Assembly: GCA_052145775.1 (NCBI GenBank) | Contig: JBKQNY010000007.1 | Coordinates: 958-64,957 of the forward strand | Source of the DNA: Acidimicrobiales bacterium | GTDB lineage: Bacteria; Actinomycetota; Acidimicrobiia; Acidimicrobiales; RAAP-2 | Length of the DNA: 64,000 nucleotides | Direction: 5' to 3' | Shown here: piece after piece, positions 36,136 to 45,292 of the stretch | Layout of the letters: each line of letters opens with the position of its first letter | How positions within the stretch are numbered: the first letter of the stretch is position 1 | Made by a program: the position numbers and the translations under genes | The notes under the pieces: generated by a model | Seen by the model: the letters and a program-made list of their open reading frames with translations, nothing else | Databases searched by the model: none | Told to the model about the DNA's origin: nothing

Positions 36136-37254
36136 TCAGAGCACAGAGGCGAGCGGGGTGTGGGGCAGGCCGTGCGCCTCGGCCACCGGCTCGCAGACCA
36201 CCGAGCCCTCGACCACGTTGACGCCGAGGGCCAGGGCGGGGTCGTCGGCCACCGCCGCCCGCCAGCCCCGTTCGGCGATCGCCAGGGTGTAGGGGAGGGT
36301 GGCGTTCACCAGGGCGTGGGTGGAGCTGTGGGGCACGGCTCCGGGCATGTTGGCCACGCAGTAGAAGATGGAGCCGTTCACCTCGTAGGTCGGGCTCGAG
36401 TGGGTGGTGGGCCGGGTCGACTCGAAGCAGCCGCCCTGGTCGACCGAGATGTCGACCAGCACCGAGCCCGCCGGCATTCGGGCCACCAGATCGTCGGAGA
36501 CGAGCTTGGGCGCCCGGGCCCCGACCACCAGCACCGCCCCGATGACGAGGTCGGCGTCGACGCAGACCTCCTCGATGGCGTGGGTCGAGGACGCCACCGT
36601 TTCGAGCGCCCCGCGGAAGTGGTGGTCGACCTGGCGGAGCCGTTCGAGGTTGCGGTCGAGGATGAAGACGTTGGCGTGCATGCCCACGGCCAGCGTGGCC
36701 GCCGCCATGCCGGCCACCCCGGCCCCGAGGATCACCACCTTGGCGCACTGGACCCCGGGCACTCCGCAGATGAGCGTGCCCCGGCCGCCGGACGGGCTCA
36801 TGAGGTGGTGGGCCCCCATGAACGGCGCCATGCGCCCGGCCACCTCGCTCATCGGCGTGAGCAGGGGCAGGGAGCCGTCGGGCAGGCGCACCGTCTCGTA
36901 GGCGATGGCGGTGTTGCCCGCGGCGAGCAGTGCGTCGGTGCACGGCCGGGAGGCGGCCAGGTGGAGGTAGGTGAAGAGGACCTGGCCCCGGCGGAGGCCG
37001 AGGCGCGAATACTCGGACTCGACCGGCTCCTTCACCCCGAGGATGAGGTCGGCGGTCGACCAGATCTCGTCGGGGTCGGCCACCATGGTGGCCCCCGTCG
37101 CCACGAACTTCCCGTCGGAGATGGAGGAGCCCTCACCCGCGCCCTTCTCCACCCAGACCGTGTGACCGTGGGAGGTCAGCTCACGCACCCCCGCCGGGGT
37201 GATGGCCACGCGGTACTCGTCCTCCTTGACCTCCTTGGGGACGCCGACGATCAC
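36136..37254 (-). CDS. ald: Alanine dehydrogenase
   Basis: Tracked ORF 36136..37422. From the GTG at 37254: VIVGVPKEVKEDEYRVAITPAGV, NAD loop VVILGAGVAGMAAA, 372 aa. GGAGGAGG lies upstream. Confidence 0.95.
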   Translation of the reverse strand: MIVGVPKEVKEDEYRVAITPAGVRELTSHGHTVWVEKGAGEGSSISDGKFVATGATMVADPDEIWSTADLILGVKEPVESEYSRLGLRRGQVLFTYLHLAASRPCTDALLAAGNTAIAYETVRLPDGSLPLLTPMSEVAGRMAPFMGAHHLMSPSGGRGTLICGVPGVQCAKVVILGAGVAGMAAATLAVGMHANVFILDRNLERLRQVDHHFRGALETVASSTHAIEEVCVDADLVIGAVLVVGARAPKLVSDDLVARMPAGSVLVDISVDQGGCFESTRPTTHSSPTYEVNGSIFYCVANMPGAVPHSSTHALVNATLPYTLAIAERGWRAAVADDPALALGVNVVEGSVVCEPVAEAHGLPHTPLASVL

Positions 37255-37280
37255 TGTGGTCCTCCTCCGGCCCTCGTCAT

Positions 37281-38732
37281 CTACTCCTCGATGTTGCTCA
37301 TGACGTGCTTGACGCGGGTGTAGTCCTCGAACCCGTAGACGGACAGGTCCTTGCCGTACCCCGAGTGCTTGAAGCCCCCGTGGGGCATCTCGGCCACGAG
37401 CGGGATATGGGTGTTGATCCACACGCAGCCGAAGTCGAGGTCACGGGCCATGCGCATGGCCCGGCCGTGATCCTTCGTCCAGACGCTGGAGGCCAGCCCG
37501 TACCGCACCCCGTTGGCCCACTCGAGGGCCTCGGCCTCTCCGTCGAACTCCTGGACGGTGATCACTGGCCCGAACACCTCCTGCTGGACCAACTCGTCCT
37601 CCTGGCGCACGCCGGCCACGACGGTCGGGGCGAAGCAGTAGCCCTGGTCGCCGACTGGCTCGCCGCCGGTAAGGACACGAGCGTGGCCCGGCACGCGCTC
37701 GAGGAACCCGCGCACCCGGTTGAGCTGCCCGGCATTGTTGAGCGGCCCGTAGTCGGCGTCCTCGAGCGAGGTCCCCCCCACCCTCTGCCCCCTGGCCTGC
37801 TCGACGAGCGCCTCCAGCAGGTCCGAGTGGACCCGCGGACCGGCCAGGACGCGGGTGGCGGCCGTGCAGTCCTGGCCGGCGTTGAAGAAGGCGGCGCCGG
37901 CCACCCCGGAGGCGGTGGCCTCCACGTCGGCGTCGTCGAAGACGATGACCGGGGCCTTGCCGCCGAGCTCCAGGTGGACGCGCTTGAGATCGACGGCGGC
38001 CGAGGTGGCCACCTCCATGCCGGCCCGGACACTGCCGGTGATCGACACCATGGCCGGGGTGGGGTGCTCCACCAGGGCCCTCCCGCTGTCCCGGTCGCCG
38101 CACACCACGTTGAGCACCCCGGGCGGGACGAACTCGGCGACGATCTCGGCGAGGAGCAGGGTGGAGACCGGCGTCGTGTCGGAGGGCTTGAGCACCATCG
38201 TGTTGCCGGCGGCCAGTGCCGGCGCCCATTTCCAGACGGCCATCATCATGGGGTAGTTCCACGGGGTCACCGCACCGCACACCCCGACGGGCTCGCGTCG
38301 TATGTAGGAGGTGTGGCCGGCCATGTACTCGCCGGCCGACCTCCCCTCGAGCAGCCGTGCGGCGCCGGCGAAGAAGCGGATCTGGTCCACCATCGGCGGG
38401 ACCTCTTCGGACATGGTGAGGGCGAACGGCTTGCCCGTGTTCTCGCACTCGGCCGCCACCAGCTCCTCGGCGTGGGCCTCGATGGCGTCGGCGATGCGGA
38501 TGAGGGCGAGGCTGCGCTCCGAGGGGGTGGTGCGCCTCCACTGAGCGAAGGCGGCGGCGGCGCTGCGCACCGCCCGGTCGACATCGGCCGGACCCGAGAC
38601 CGGGGCCTCGGCGAACGGACGTCCGGTGCTCGGGTCGACGACCGGCGCCGTCGGCCCATCGGCGGCCTCCACGCGTTCTCCGTCGATGAAGTTCCAGAGC
38701 TCCCGCAACGACCCAGCGTCCTCTCCGACCAC
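37281..38732 (-). CDS. Aldehyde dehydrogenase (aminobutyraldehyde/betaine-aldehyde dehydrogenase-like)
   Basis: Tracked ORF 37281..38882. [44 protein letters not shown], catalytic Cys [26 protein letters not shown]. The first 50 tracked codons have atypical low-GC3 usage. The GTG at 38732 follows GGGAGG. Confidence 0.9.
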   Translation of the reverse strand: MVGEDAGSLRELWNFIDGERVEAADGPTAPVVDPSTGRPFAEAPVSGPADVDRAVRSAAAAFAQWRRTTPSERSLALIRIADAIEAHAEELVAAECENTGKPFALTMSEEVPPMVDQIRFFAGAARLLEGRSAGEYMAGHTSYIRREPVGVCGAVTPWNYPMMMAVWKWAPALAAGNTMVLKPSDTTPVSTLLLAEIVAEFVPPGVLNVVCGDRDSGRALVEHPTPAMVSITGSVRAGMEVATSAAVDLKRVHLELGGKAPVIVFDDADVEATASGVAGAAFFNAGQDCTAATRVLAGPRVHSDLLEALVEQARGQRVGGTSLEDADYGPLNNAGQLNRVRGFLERVPGHARVLTGGEPVGDQGYCFAPTVVAGVRQEDELVQQEVFGPVITVQEFDGEAEALEWANGVRYGLASSVWTKDHGRAMRMARDLDFGCVWINTHIPLVAEMPHGGFKHSGYGKDLSVYGFEDYTRVKHVMSNIEE

Positions 38733-38907
38733 ATCAGCCTCCCAGCCCTCGTCGGCCTTCGGTTGCCGCGACCGGCCGGGCTGGCGCGGGCGCACCGAAG
38801 CGTCGAGGCCCGGACGTCGGCCGAGCCGTCCCGGGTACAGGATCACAGAGGGATCGGACGATGACAAGGTTTTTAGCATCATTTTGCCCGTCCGGCGCCG
38901 AATCCAC

Positions 38908-38939
38908 TTGACCTAGATGGCATATGTGACAGAATCCGA
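38908..38939 (+). promoter_or_regulatory. Putative lrp-operon promoter: -35 TTGACC (38908-38913), 16-nt spacer, extended -10 TGACAGAAT (hexamer 38930-38935)
   Basis: Read directly in the 314-nt A/T-enriched ALDH-lrp divergent region: cTTGACCtagatggcatatgTGACAGAATccga. Confidence 0.5.
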
Positions 38940-39046
38940 CGGAGGCGAAATCCGGCGCGAGCCGGCCGCCGGACCGAGGTGCAGGGCGCCGACCCCCACG
39001 GGTGCGTCACTCTCCGACAGCGGCCCGGGGCCGAGAGAGGATCGAG

Positions 39047-39556
39047 ATGCCCGCCGACCGCGACACGAACGAGGACCCCGACGTCGACGACGGCGGCCAG
39101 TCGGCCGCGCCGCTGCTCGACCAGGCGAACCGGTCCATCATCGAGGCCCTCCAGAAGGACGGCCGGCGCCCATACGGGGCGATCGCCGAAGAGGTCGGCC
39201 TCTCCGAGGCCGCCGTGCGGCGACGTGTGCAGCGACTTCGCGAGCACGGGGTCATCCAGATCGTGGCGGTGACCGACCCCCTCCAACTGGGCTTCAACCG
39301 CCAGGCAATGGTCGGGATCAGGGTGGAGGGCGACGCTCGCCAGGTGGCGGCCAAGGTGGCCGCCCTCGACGAGGTGGACTACGTGGTCATGTGCGCCGGC
39401 TCCTTCGACGTGCTGGCCGAGGTGGTCTGCGAGGACGACGACCGCCTCCTGCACCTCCTGAGCGACTCCGTCCGCTCGATCCCCGGCGTGCGGTCGACCG
39501 AGACCTTCCTCTATTTGAAGCTGGCAAAGCAGATCTACACCTGGGGGACCCCATGA
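39047..39556 (+). CDS. Lrp/AsnC-family transcriptional regulator
   Basis: Tracked ORF 39002..39556. LDQANRSIIEALQKDGRRPYGAIAEEVGLSEAAVRRRVQRLREHGVIQ plus a C-terminal RAM-like domain. ATG at 39047 (MPADRDTNE) follows GAGAGGA. Confidence 0.9.
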   Translation: MPADRDTNEDPDVDDGGQSAAPLLDQANRSIIEALQKDGRRPYGAIAEEVGLSEAAVRRRVQRLREHGVIQIVAVTDPLQLGFNRQAMVGIRVEGDARQVAAKVAALDEVDYVVMCAGSFDVLAEVVCEDDDRLLHLLSDSVRSIPGVRSTETFLYLKLAKQIYTWGTP

Positions 39557-40950
39557 GCGACATGGCACCTGTCAGCGGAACCGTCGACGACAACTCCCTG
39601 AGCGAGCGGGCCCAACGCCACCTGTGGATGCACTTCACCCGGCTCGGGTCCTACGGCGCCCACCACGAGGTGCCGGTGATGGTGCGCGGCGAGGGTGCCT
39701 ACGTCTGGGACCAGAACGGCAAGCGCTACCTCGACGGGCTCTCGGGCCTCTTCACCAGCCAGGTCGGTCACGGCCGCACCGAGCTGGCCGAGGCCGCGTC
39801 GAAGCAGGCGTCGGAGCTGGCGTACTTCCCGTTGTGGACCTACGCCCACCCGAGGGCGATCGAGCTGGCCGAGCGGATCGCCGCCCTCGCCCCCGGCGAC
39901 TGCAACCGCGTCTTCTTCACCACCGGCGGCTCCGAGGCGGTCGAGTCGGCCTGGAAGCTCGCCCGCCAGTACTTCCGGCTGGTGGGCGAGTCGAACCGGA
40001 CCAAGGTGCTCAGCCGCAACATCGCCTACCACGGCACCACCATGGGGGCGCTGTCGATCACCGGGATCCCCGCCCTCAAGACGCCCTTCGAACCACTGGT
40101 GCCCGGCGCCGTCAAGGTTCCCAACACCAACTTCTACCGTGCCCCGATCCACGGCGACGACCTGGTGGCGTTCGGGCGCTGGGCGGCCGACGAGATCGGC
40201 CGGGCCATCGAGCGCGAGGGGCCCGAGACCGTCGCCGCCGTGTACCTGGAGCCGGTCCAGAACGCCGGCGGGTGCTTCCCCCCGCCGCCCGGTTACTTCG
40301 ATCGGGTCCGCGAGATCTGCGACCGCTACGGCGTGCTGCTCGTCTCCGACGAGGTGATCTGCGCCTTCGGCCGGCTGGGCGAGTACTTCGGATCCGTCCG
40401 CTACGGCTACCAGCCCGACATCATCACCGTGGCCAAGGGGCTCACCAGCGGCTACGCCCCGCTCGGGGCCATGATCGCCAGCGACCGGCTGGTGGAGCCG
40501 TTCCTCCACGGCGACGCCAGCTTCGCCCATGGCTTCACCTTCGCCGGACACCCGGTGAGCTGCGCGGTGGCCCTGGCCAACCTCGACGTCTTCGAGCGCG
40601 ACGGGATCATCCACCACGTCCAGGCGACCCAGGACGCCTTCCGGACGTCCTTGGAGTCCCTGGGCGACCTCCCCATCGTGGGCGAGGTCCGCGGCGCCGG
40701 CTTCTTCTACGGCATCGAGCTGGTGAAGGACAAGGAGACCCGGGAGAGCTTCGGCCACGACGAGAGCGAGTTCCTGCTCCGGGGCTTCCTCTCCGGCGCC
40801 CTCTTCGAGTCGGGGCTCATCTGCCGTGCCGACGACCGCGGCGACCCCGTGGTCCAGCTTTCCCCCCCGCTCATCTGCGGCCAGACCGAGATCGACTTCA
40901 TGGTCGAGGTGCTCCGCCACGTGCTGTCGGAGGCGTGGCGCAGGATCTGA
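39553..40950 (+). CDS. Class-III (omega) aminotransferase, putrescine/GABA/beta-alanine:pyruvate type
   Basis: Last 465 codons of tracked ORF 38917..40950. FFTTGGSEAVESAWKLARQY, LLVSDEVICAFGRLG, PLP-Lys DIITVAKGLTSGY. The ATG overlaps the lrp TGA (ATGA). Confidence 0.9.
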   Translation: MSDMAPVSGTVDDNSLSERAQRHLWMHFTRLGSYGAHHEVPVMVRGEGAYVWDQNGKRYLDGLSGLFTSQVGHGRTELAEAASKQASELAYFPLWTYAHPRAIELAERIAALAPGDCNRVFFTTGGSEAVESAWKLARQYFRLVGESNRTKVLSRNIAYHGTTMGALSITGIPALKTPFEPLVPGAVKVPNTNFYRAPIHGDDLVAFGRWAADEIGRAIEREGPETVAAVYLEPVQNAGGCFPPPPGYFDRVREICDRYGVLLVSDEVICAFGRLGEYFGSVRYGYQPDIITVAKGLTSGYAPLGAMIASDRLVEPFLHGDASFAHGFTFAGHPVSCAVALANLDVFERDGIIHHVQATQDAFRTSLESLGDLPIVGEVRGAGFFYGIELVKDKETRESFGHDESEFLLRGFLSGALFESGLICRADDRGDPVVQLSPPLICGQTEIDFMVEVLRHVLSEAWRRI

Positions 40951-42365
40951 CCGACCACCGGGCCCGAGGCGCCGCCGGCTACGGCCACCTCTCCCTGTGG
41001 TGGGACGACTCCGACGAGGAGGAGACACTGCGGCCGTCGCTCCCCGGCGACCTCGACGTCGACGTGGCGGTGGTGGGTGCCGGCTTCACCGGGCTGTGGA
41101 CGGCCCACTCGCTGGTCCTGGCCGATCCCTCGCTGCGGGTGGCGGTGCTCGAGGCGGAGGTGGCGGGCTTCGGCGCGTCCGGCCGCAACGGGGGCTGGTG
41201 CTCGGCGCTGTTCGCCACCTCCCACGACCGCCTGGTCGCCGAGCACGGTGCTCCCGCCGCCCACGCCATGCGCCTCGCCATGCAGGGCGCGGTAGACGAG
41301 GTCGGCCGGGTGGCGGCCGAGGAGGGGATCGACTGCCACTACGCCAAAGGCGGCACGGTGGTGGCTGCCCGGGGCGCGGCCCAGGCACTCCGGGCCCGCC
41401 AATCGGTGGCGGCCGCCCGCCGCGCCGGGATCGGCGAGGAGGACCTGCGCTGGCTAGAGGGGGCCGAGGCCAGGGAGCTCCTCGGGGCCGAAGGCGTGGT
41501 GGGGGCCACCTTCACGCCCCACTGCGCGGCCATCCAGCCGGCGCGGCTGGCCCGAGGCCTGGCCAGGGCCGCCGAACGGCGCGGCGCGACGGTCTTCGAA
41601 CGGTCCCCTGCCCTCTGCGTCGAAGGCGGCGGCGCAGGGCGGCGACCCCGGGTGCGCGCCCTCGCCGGGACGGTCACGGCCGACGTGGTGGTGCGGGCCA
41701 CCGAGGGGTGGACGCCGTCGCTCCCCGGCCAGCGCCGGACCCTCGCCCCCGCCTACTCGTTGATGGTGGCCACCGCCCCGCTCGACGAGGGGTTCTGGTC
41801 GCAGGCCGGCCTCGGCCGGCGCCAGACCTTCTCCGACCACCGCCACCTCATCGTCTACGGCCAGCGCACGGCGGACGGGCGGATCGCCTTCGGCGGCCGC
41901 GGCGCCCCCTACCACTACGGCTCGGCCGTGCGCCCGGCCTTCGACCGGGTGCCGCGGGTCCACCGTGCCCTGGCCCGGACGCTGACCGAGCTCTTCCCGG
42001 CCCTGGCCGGGGTGGAGATCACCCATGCCTGGGGCGGGGCCCTCGGCCTGCCACGGGACTGGCGCCCCTCGGTCGGCCTCGACCGCAAGAGCGGCCTCGC
42101 TTGGGCCGGCGGGTACGTGGGCGACGGCGTCTCCACCGCCAACCTGGCCGGCCGCACCCTGGCCGACCTGGTGAGGGGCGTCGACAGCGACCTCGTGCGA
42201 CTGCCGTGGGTCGACCACCGCTCGCCCCGGTGGGAGCCCGAGCCCCTGCGCTGGCTGGGAGTGAACGCCGCCCTGCTGGCGACGAGGGCGGCCGACCGCG
42301 CCGAGCGGCGCCGGGGCAGGCCCAGCCGGCTGGCCCGAGTCCCGGGGCGGCTGACCGGTGGCTGA
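40935..42365 (+). CDS. FAD-dependent oxidoreductase (DAO family; gamma-glutamylputrescine-oxidase-like)
   Basis: C-terminal part of tracked ORF 39624..42365. DVAVVGAGFTGLWTAHSL (GxGxxG), GFGASGRNGGW. The start is tentatively the GTG at 40935, a 16-nt overlap with the aminotransferase. Confidence 0.85.
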   Translation: MAQDLTDHRARGAAGYGHLSLWWDDSDEEETLRPSLPGDLDVDVAVVGAGFTGLWTAHSLVLADPSLRVAVLEAEVAGFGASGRNGGWCSALFATSHDRLVAEHGAPAAHAMRLAMQGAVDEVGRVAAEEGIDCHYAKGGTVVAARGAAQALRARQSVAAARRAGIGEEDLRWLEGAEARELLGAEGVVGATFTPHCAAIQPARLARGLARAAERRGATVFERSPALCVEGGGAGRRPRVRALAGTVTADVVVRATEGWTPSLPGQRRTLAPAYSLMVATAPLDEGFWSQAGLGRRQTFSDHRHLIVYGQRTADGRIAFGGRGAPYHYGSAVRPAFDRVPRVHRALARTLTELFPALAGVEITHAWGGALGLPRDWRPSVGLDRKSGLAWAGGYVGDGVSTANLAGRTLADLVRGVDSDLVRLPWVDHRSPRWEPEPLRWLGVNAALLATRAADRAERRRGRPSRLARVPGRLTGG

Positions 42366-42834
42366 GGAACCGACGGGCCGGCGGGCGGCCGACGACCGCG
42401 ACGAGATCACCACCCTGCTGTTCGCCTACGCCGAGCGGATCGACGCCGGCGACTTTGCCGGGCTGGCCGACCTCATGGCCGGGGCCGAGCTCACCTTCGA
42501 GGGGTACGACACCGTCGTGCGGGGGCGCCAGGCCGTCCAGTCCCTCTACGAGCGGGGGACGTTACGTCACGGCGACGGGACCCCGTTGACCAAGCACGTC
42601 ACCACCAACGTGATCGTCGAGGTGGCGCCGACAGGATGCACGGCCGCGGCCCGGTCGTACTTCACCGTGCTGCAGGCCGTCCCGGGGGAACTTGCCCTCC
42701 AACCGGTGATCGCCGGCCGCTACCGCGACCGTTTCGAGCGGGCCGAAGGGCGCTGGCGGTTCTCCGGCCGTCACATGCTCGTCGACCTCGCCGGCGACCT
42801 CTCGCACCATCTGCGGATCGATCTCGACGGCTGA
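42358..42834 (+). CDS. SnoaL_4 / NTF2-like protein
   Basis: 158 aa. DRDEITTLLFAYAERIDAGDFAGLADLM, RYRDRFERAEGRWRFSGRHM. 8-nt overlap with the upstream gene. Confidence 0.7.
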   Translation: MAEEPTGRRAADDRDEITTLLFAYAERIDAGDFAGLADLMAGAELTFEGYDTVVRGRQAVQSLYERGTLRHGDGTPLTKHVTTNVIVEVAPTGCTAAARSYFTVLQAVPGELALQPVIAGRYRDRFERAEGRWRFSGRHMLVDLAGDLSHHLRIDLDG

Positions 42835-42871
42835 CCTCCGGTCGGGCGGGCGGCGTGGACGGCCCCGCGCG

Positions 42872-43378
42872 ATGCTGGGTCACATGAAGCTGAAGCTCGA
42901 CTACGAGTTCGACTGTCCCGCCGCCGACTTTTGGGCCCTGTACTTCGACCCGGACTACACGACCAGGCTGCACCTCGATGCCCTGGGTTCGACCAGTGCC
43001 GAGGTCATCGAGCAGGAGGGCGATCTCGAGACCGGCCTGCGTCGCACCCTGCGTTACGGCCAACGACCCGACGCCCCCGGACCGGTGAAGAAGCTTTTCG
43101 GCGAGGAGATCATCACCGTCGAGGAGAGCACCTTCGACCCCGCCACCGGCACCTCGACCTTCACCGTCACTCCCAGCACCATGGCCGACAAGACGAAGAT
43201 CAGCGGATCGGTCCACGTCGAGGACCACGGGCGCGGGTGCCGCCAGCAGTTCGAACTGGAGGCCAGGGTCAAGATCTTCGGCGCCGGCCCCATCGTGGAG
43301 CGCTTCATCGAGCGCCAGACCCATGACGCCCAAGACAAGGCCGTCGCCCACATGAAGCAGGTGCTGGCGGGGAGCTGA
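42872..43378 (+). CDS. DUF2505-like SRPBCC-fold hypothetical protein
   Basis: 168 aa. MKLKLDYEFDCPAADFWALYFDPDYTTRLH, KIFGAGPIVERFIERQ. An alternative start is the ATG at 42884. Confidence 0.6.
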   Translation: MLGHMKLKLDYEFDCPAADFWALYFDPDYTTRLHLDALGSTSAEVIEQEGDLETGLRRTLRYGQRPDAPGPVKKLFGEEIITVEESTFDPATGTSTFTVTPSTMADKTKISGSVHVEDHGRGCRQQFELEARVKIFGAGPIVERFIERQTHDAQDKAVAHMKQVLAGS

Positions 43379-43504
43379 CCGGGAACGGGGCATCCCCCGG
43401 CGCGGGGTGGGCCTCCCTGGTGGACCGGCGCGCTTGGCCCACGGCAGCCCGCAGACCTGAAAAGATGCGTCCGTGCAGCGCCGAGACCCGATCGGAGGGT
43501 GTTG

Positions 43505-44308
43505 ATGGAGCATCTGGCGGGCAAGGTCGCCTTCATCACCGGCGGCGGGAGCGGGATCGGCCGGGCCACCGCACTCGGCCTGGCCGCCGAAGGCGTGCAC
43601 GTGGTGGTGGCCGACATCGACCGTGACCGGGCGATGAACGTCGCCGACGAGGCCAGCTGGCGGGGCACCGACTGCATCGGCATGGAGCTCGACGTGAACG
43701 ACCAGGAGGTCTTCGAGTCGGCCCGGGACGTGATGTTGAGGCGGCTCGGCCACGTGGACATCGTGATGAACAACGTCGGCGTCGTCTCGGCCGGGCTACC
43801 CGAGCAGATTCCAGTCGAGGAGTGGGAGCGGTGCATGAGCACCAACCTGCTCTCGGTGGTCCGCAGCAACGCCATCTTCATTCCCCTCCTGCTCGAGCAG
43901 GGCAGCGGGCACATCGTCAACACCGCCTCGGCCGCCGGCCTCTTCGCCTACGCCTACGAGCGGACGCCCTACTCGGTCAGCAAGGCAGCGGTGGTGGCGC
44001 TCTCCGAGGCGCTCGCCCTCTACCTCCATCCCCGCAATGTCGGGGTGACCTGCCTGTGCCCGGGACCGGTGGCCACCAACATCCACCAGCACGTCACGTT
44101 CTCCGGCGCTCCGATCAGGATGCGGCCGCCGATGAAAGGGATGAACCTCATCGACGCGACGTCGGTCGGTGCCATGGTGGTCGACGCCATCCGCAACAAC
44201 ACCTTCCTCGTTCTCACCCATCCCGAGCTCCACGACATGCTGGTGCGACGGGCGAACGACCCCGAGAGCTTCCTGGCCGACGAGACCCGGGCCATCGAGG
44301 AGGCGTGA
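43505..44308 (+). CDS. SDR-family oxidoreductase
   Basis: Tracked ORF 43499..44308. KVAFITGGGSGIGRATALGLAAEG, YSVSKAAVVALSEAL (YxxxK). ATG at 43505 lies 6 nt after GGAGGG. Confidence 0.9.
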   Translation: MEHLAGKVAFITGGGSGIGRATALGLAAEGVHVVVADIDRDRAMNVADEASWRGTDCIGMELDVNDQEVFESARDVMLRRLGHVDIVMNNVGVVSAGLPEQIPVEEWERCMSTNLLSVVRSNAIFIPLLLEQGSGHIVNTASAAGLFAYAYERTPYSVSKAAVVALSEALALYLHPRNVGVTCLCPGPVATNIHQHVTFSGAPIRMRPPMKGMNLIDATSVGAMVVDAIRNNTFLVLTHPELHDMLVRRANDPESFLADETRAIEEA

Positions 44309-44359
44309 GGCACGCCTCGGGGACCCGACATGACACCTGCGGCGCGACACTCCTGCCCA

Positions 44360-44365
44360 TAGAAT
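44360..44365 (+). promoter_or_regulatory. -10-like hexamer TAGAAT about 30 nt upstream of the ABC ATPase ATG
   Basis: cccaTAGAATcccgg read directly. It shares AGAATCC with the TGACAGAATCC elements. No clear -35. Confidence 0.3.
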
Positions 44366-44395
44366 CCCGGCCGCCTGCATCGTTAGGCTGAGCAA

Positions 44396-45292
44396 ATGGG
44401 CGCCCTCTTGGAGTTCCAAGGGCTGCGGTGCCACTTCGGTCCGGTGACCGCCCTCGACGGTCTCTCCTTCTCGGTGCCCTCCGGACAGGTCGTCGGCTTC
44501 CTCGGGCCGAACGGGGCCGGCAAGACCACCGCCATGCGGACCGTCTTCGGCCTCACCGACCTCGACGCCGGCGAGGTCCGGTGGAGTGGTCATGTGGTCG
44601 GGCAGGCGGACCGCCGCCGATTCGGTTACATGCCCGAAGAGCGCGGCCTGTACCCCGGGATGCTCGTCGGGGAGCAGCTCGAGTATCTGGGTCAGCTGCA
44701 CGGGTTGAGCCGCATCGACGCCCGAGAGTCCGCACGCGCCTGGCTGGATCGCCTGGGAGTGGCCGACAAAGCCGCCGTCAAGGTGGAGACGCTGTCCCAC
44801 GGCAACCAGCAGCGCATCCAGCTGGCCGCGGCCCTGGTCCACGGGGCCGAGCTCCTCCTCCTCGACGAGCCGCTGGCCGGGCTGGACCCACCGGGGATCG
44901 ACGCCATCGCGGGCGTGCTGGCCGAGCAGGCCGCGGCCGGCTGCTGCGTCCTGTTCTCCAGTCACCAGCTCGATCAGGTCGAGGACCTCTGCGAGTCCGT
45001 CGTCATCATCGACCACGGCCACCTGGTGGTCTCCGGGCGGGTCGACGACCTGGCCTCGAGTGGGACGCGCCGGCTGGTCGTGCGGGTCGAGGAGGACCGG
45101 GAAGCCGCCTGGGCACGCGACGTGCCCGGGGTCACCACGTCCGAGGTCGTCGGCGGAGAGGCCCGGCTGGTGTTGGCGCCGGAGACCGACAGCGACTCGG
45201 TGCTTCGGGCGGCCATGGCCGCCGGCCGCGTCACCGAATTCGTCTTCGCGCGCCGCCGGCTCTCCGAGGTCTTCCGGGAGGCCCTCTCGTGA
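44396..45292 (+). CDS. ABC transporter ATP-binding protein (ABC-2/NatA-like)
   Basis: 298 aa. Walker A FLGPNGAGKTTAMR, signature LSHGNQQRIQLAAAL, Walker B LLLLDEPLAGLD. Confidence 0.9.
   Translation: MGALLEFQGLRCHFGPVTALDGLSFSVPSGQVVGFLGPNGAGKTTAMRTVFGLTDLDAGEVRWSGHVVGQADRRRFGYMPEERGLYPGMLVGEQLEYLGQLHGLSRIDARESARAWLDRLGVADKAAVKVETLSHGNQQRIQLAAALVHGAELLLLDEPLAGLDPPGIDAIAGVLAEQAAAGCCVLFSSHQLDQVEDLCESVVIIDHGHLVVSGRVDDLASSGTRRLVVRVEEDREAAWARDVPGVTTSEVVGGEARLVLAPETDSDSVLRAAMAAGRVTEFVFARRRLSEVFREALS

Noticed and set aside
40944-40951. Third copy of GATCTGAC (half of the putative operator flanking the MFS gene)
   Set aside because: It lies at the aminotransferase stop / FAD-oxidase start overlap, with no inverted partner nearby. 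It is most likely a chance occurrence.
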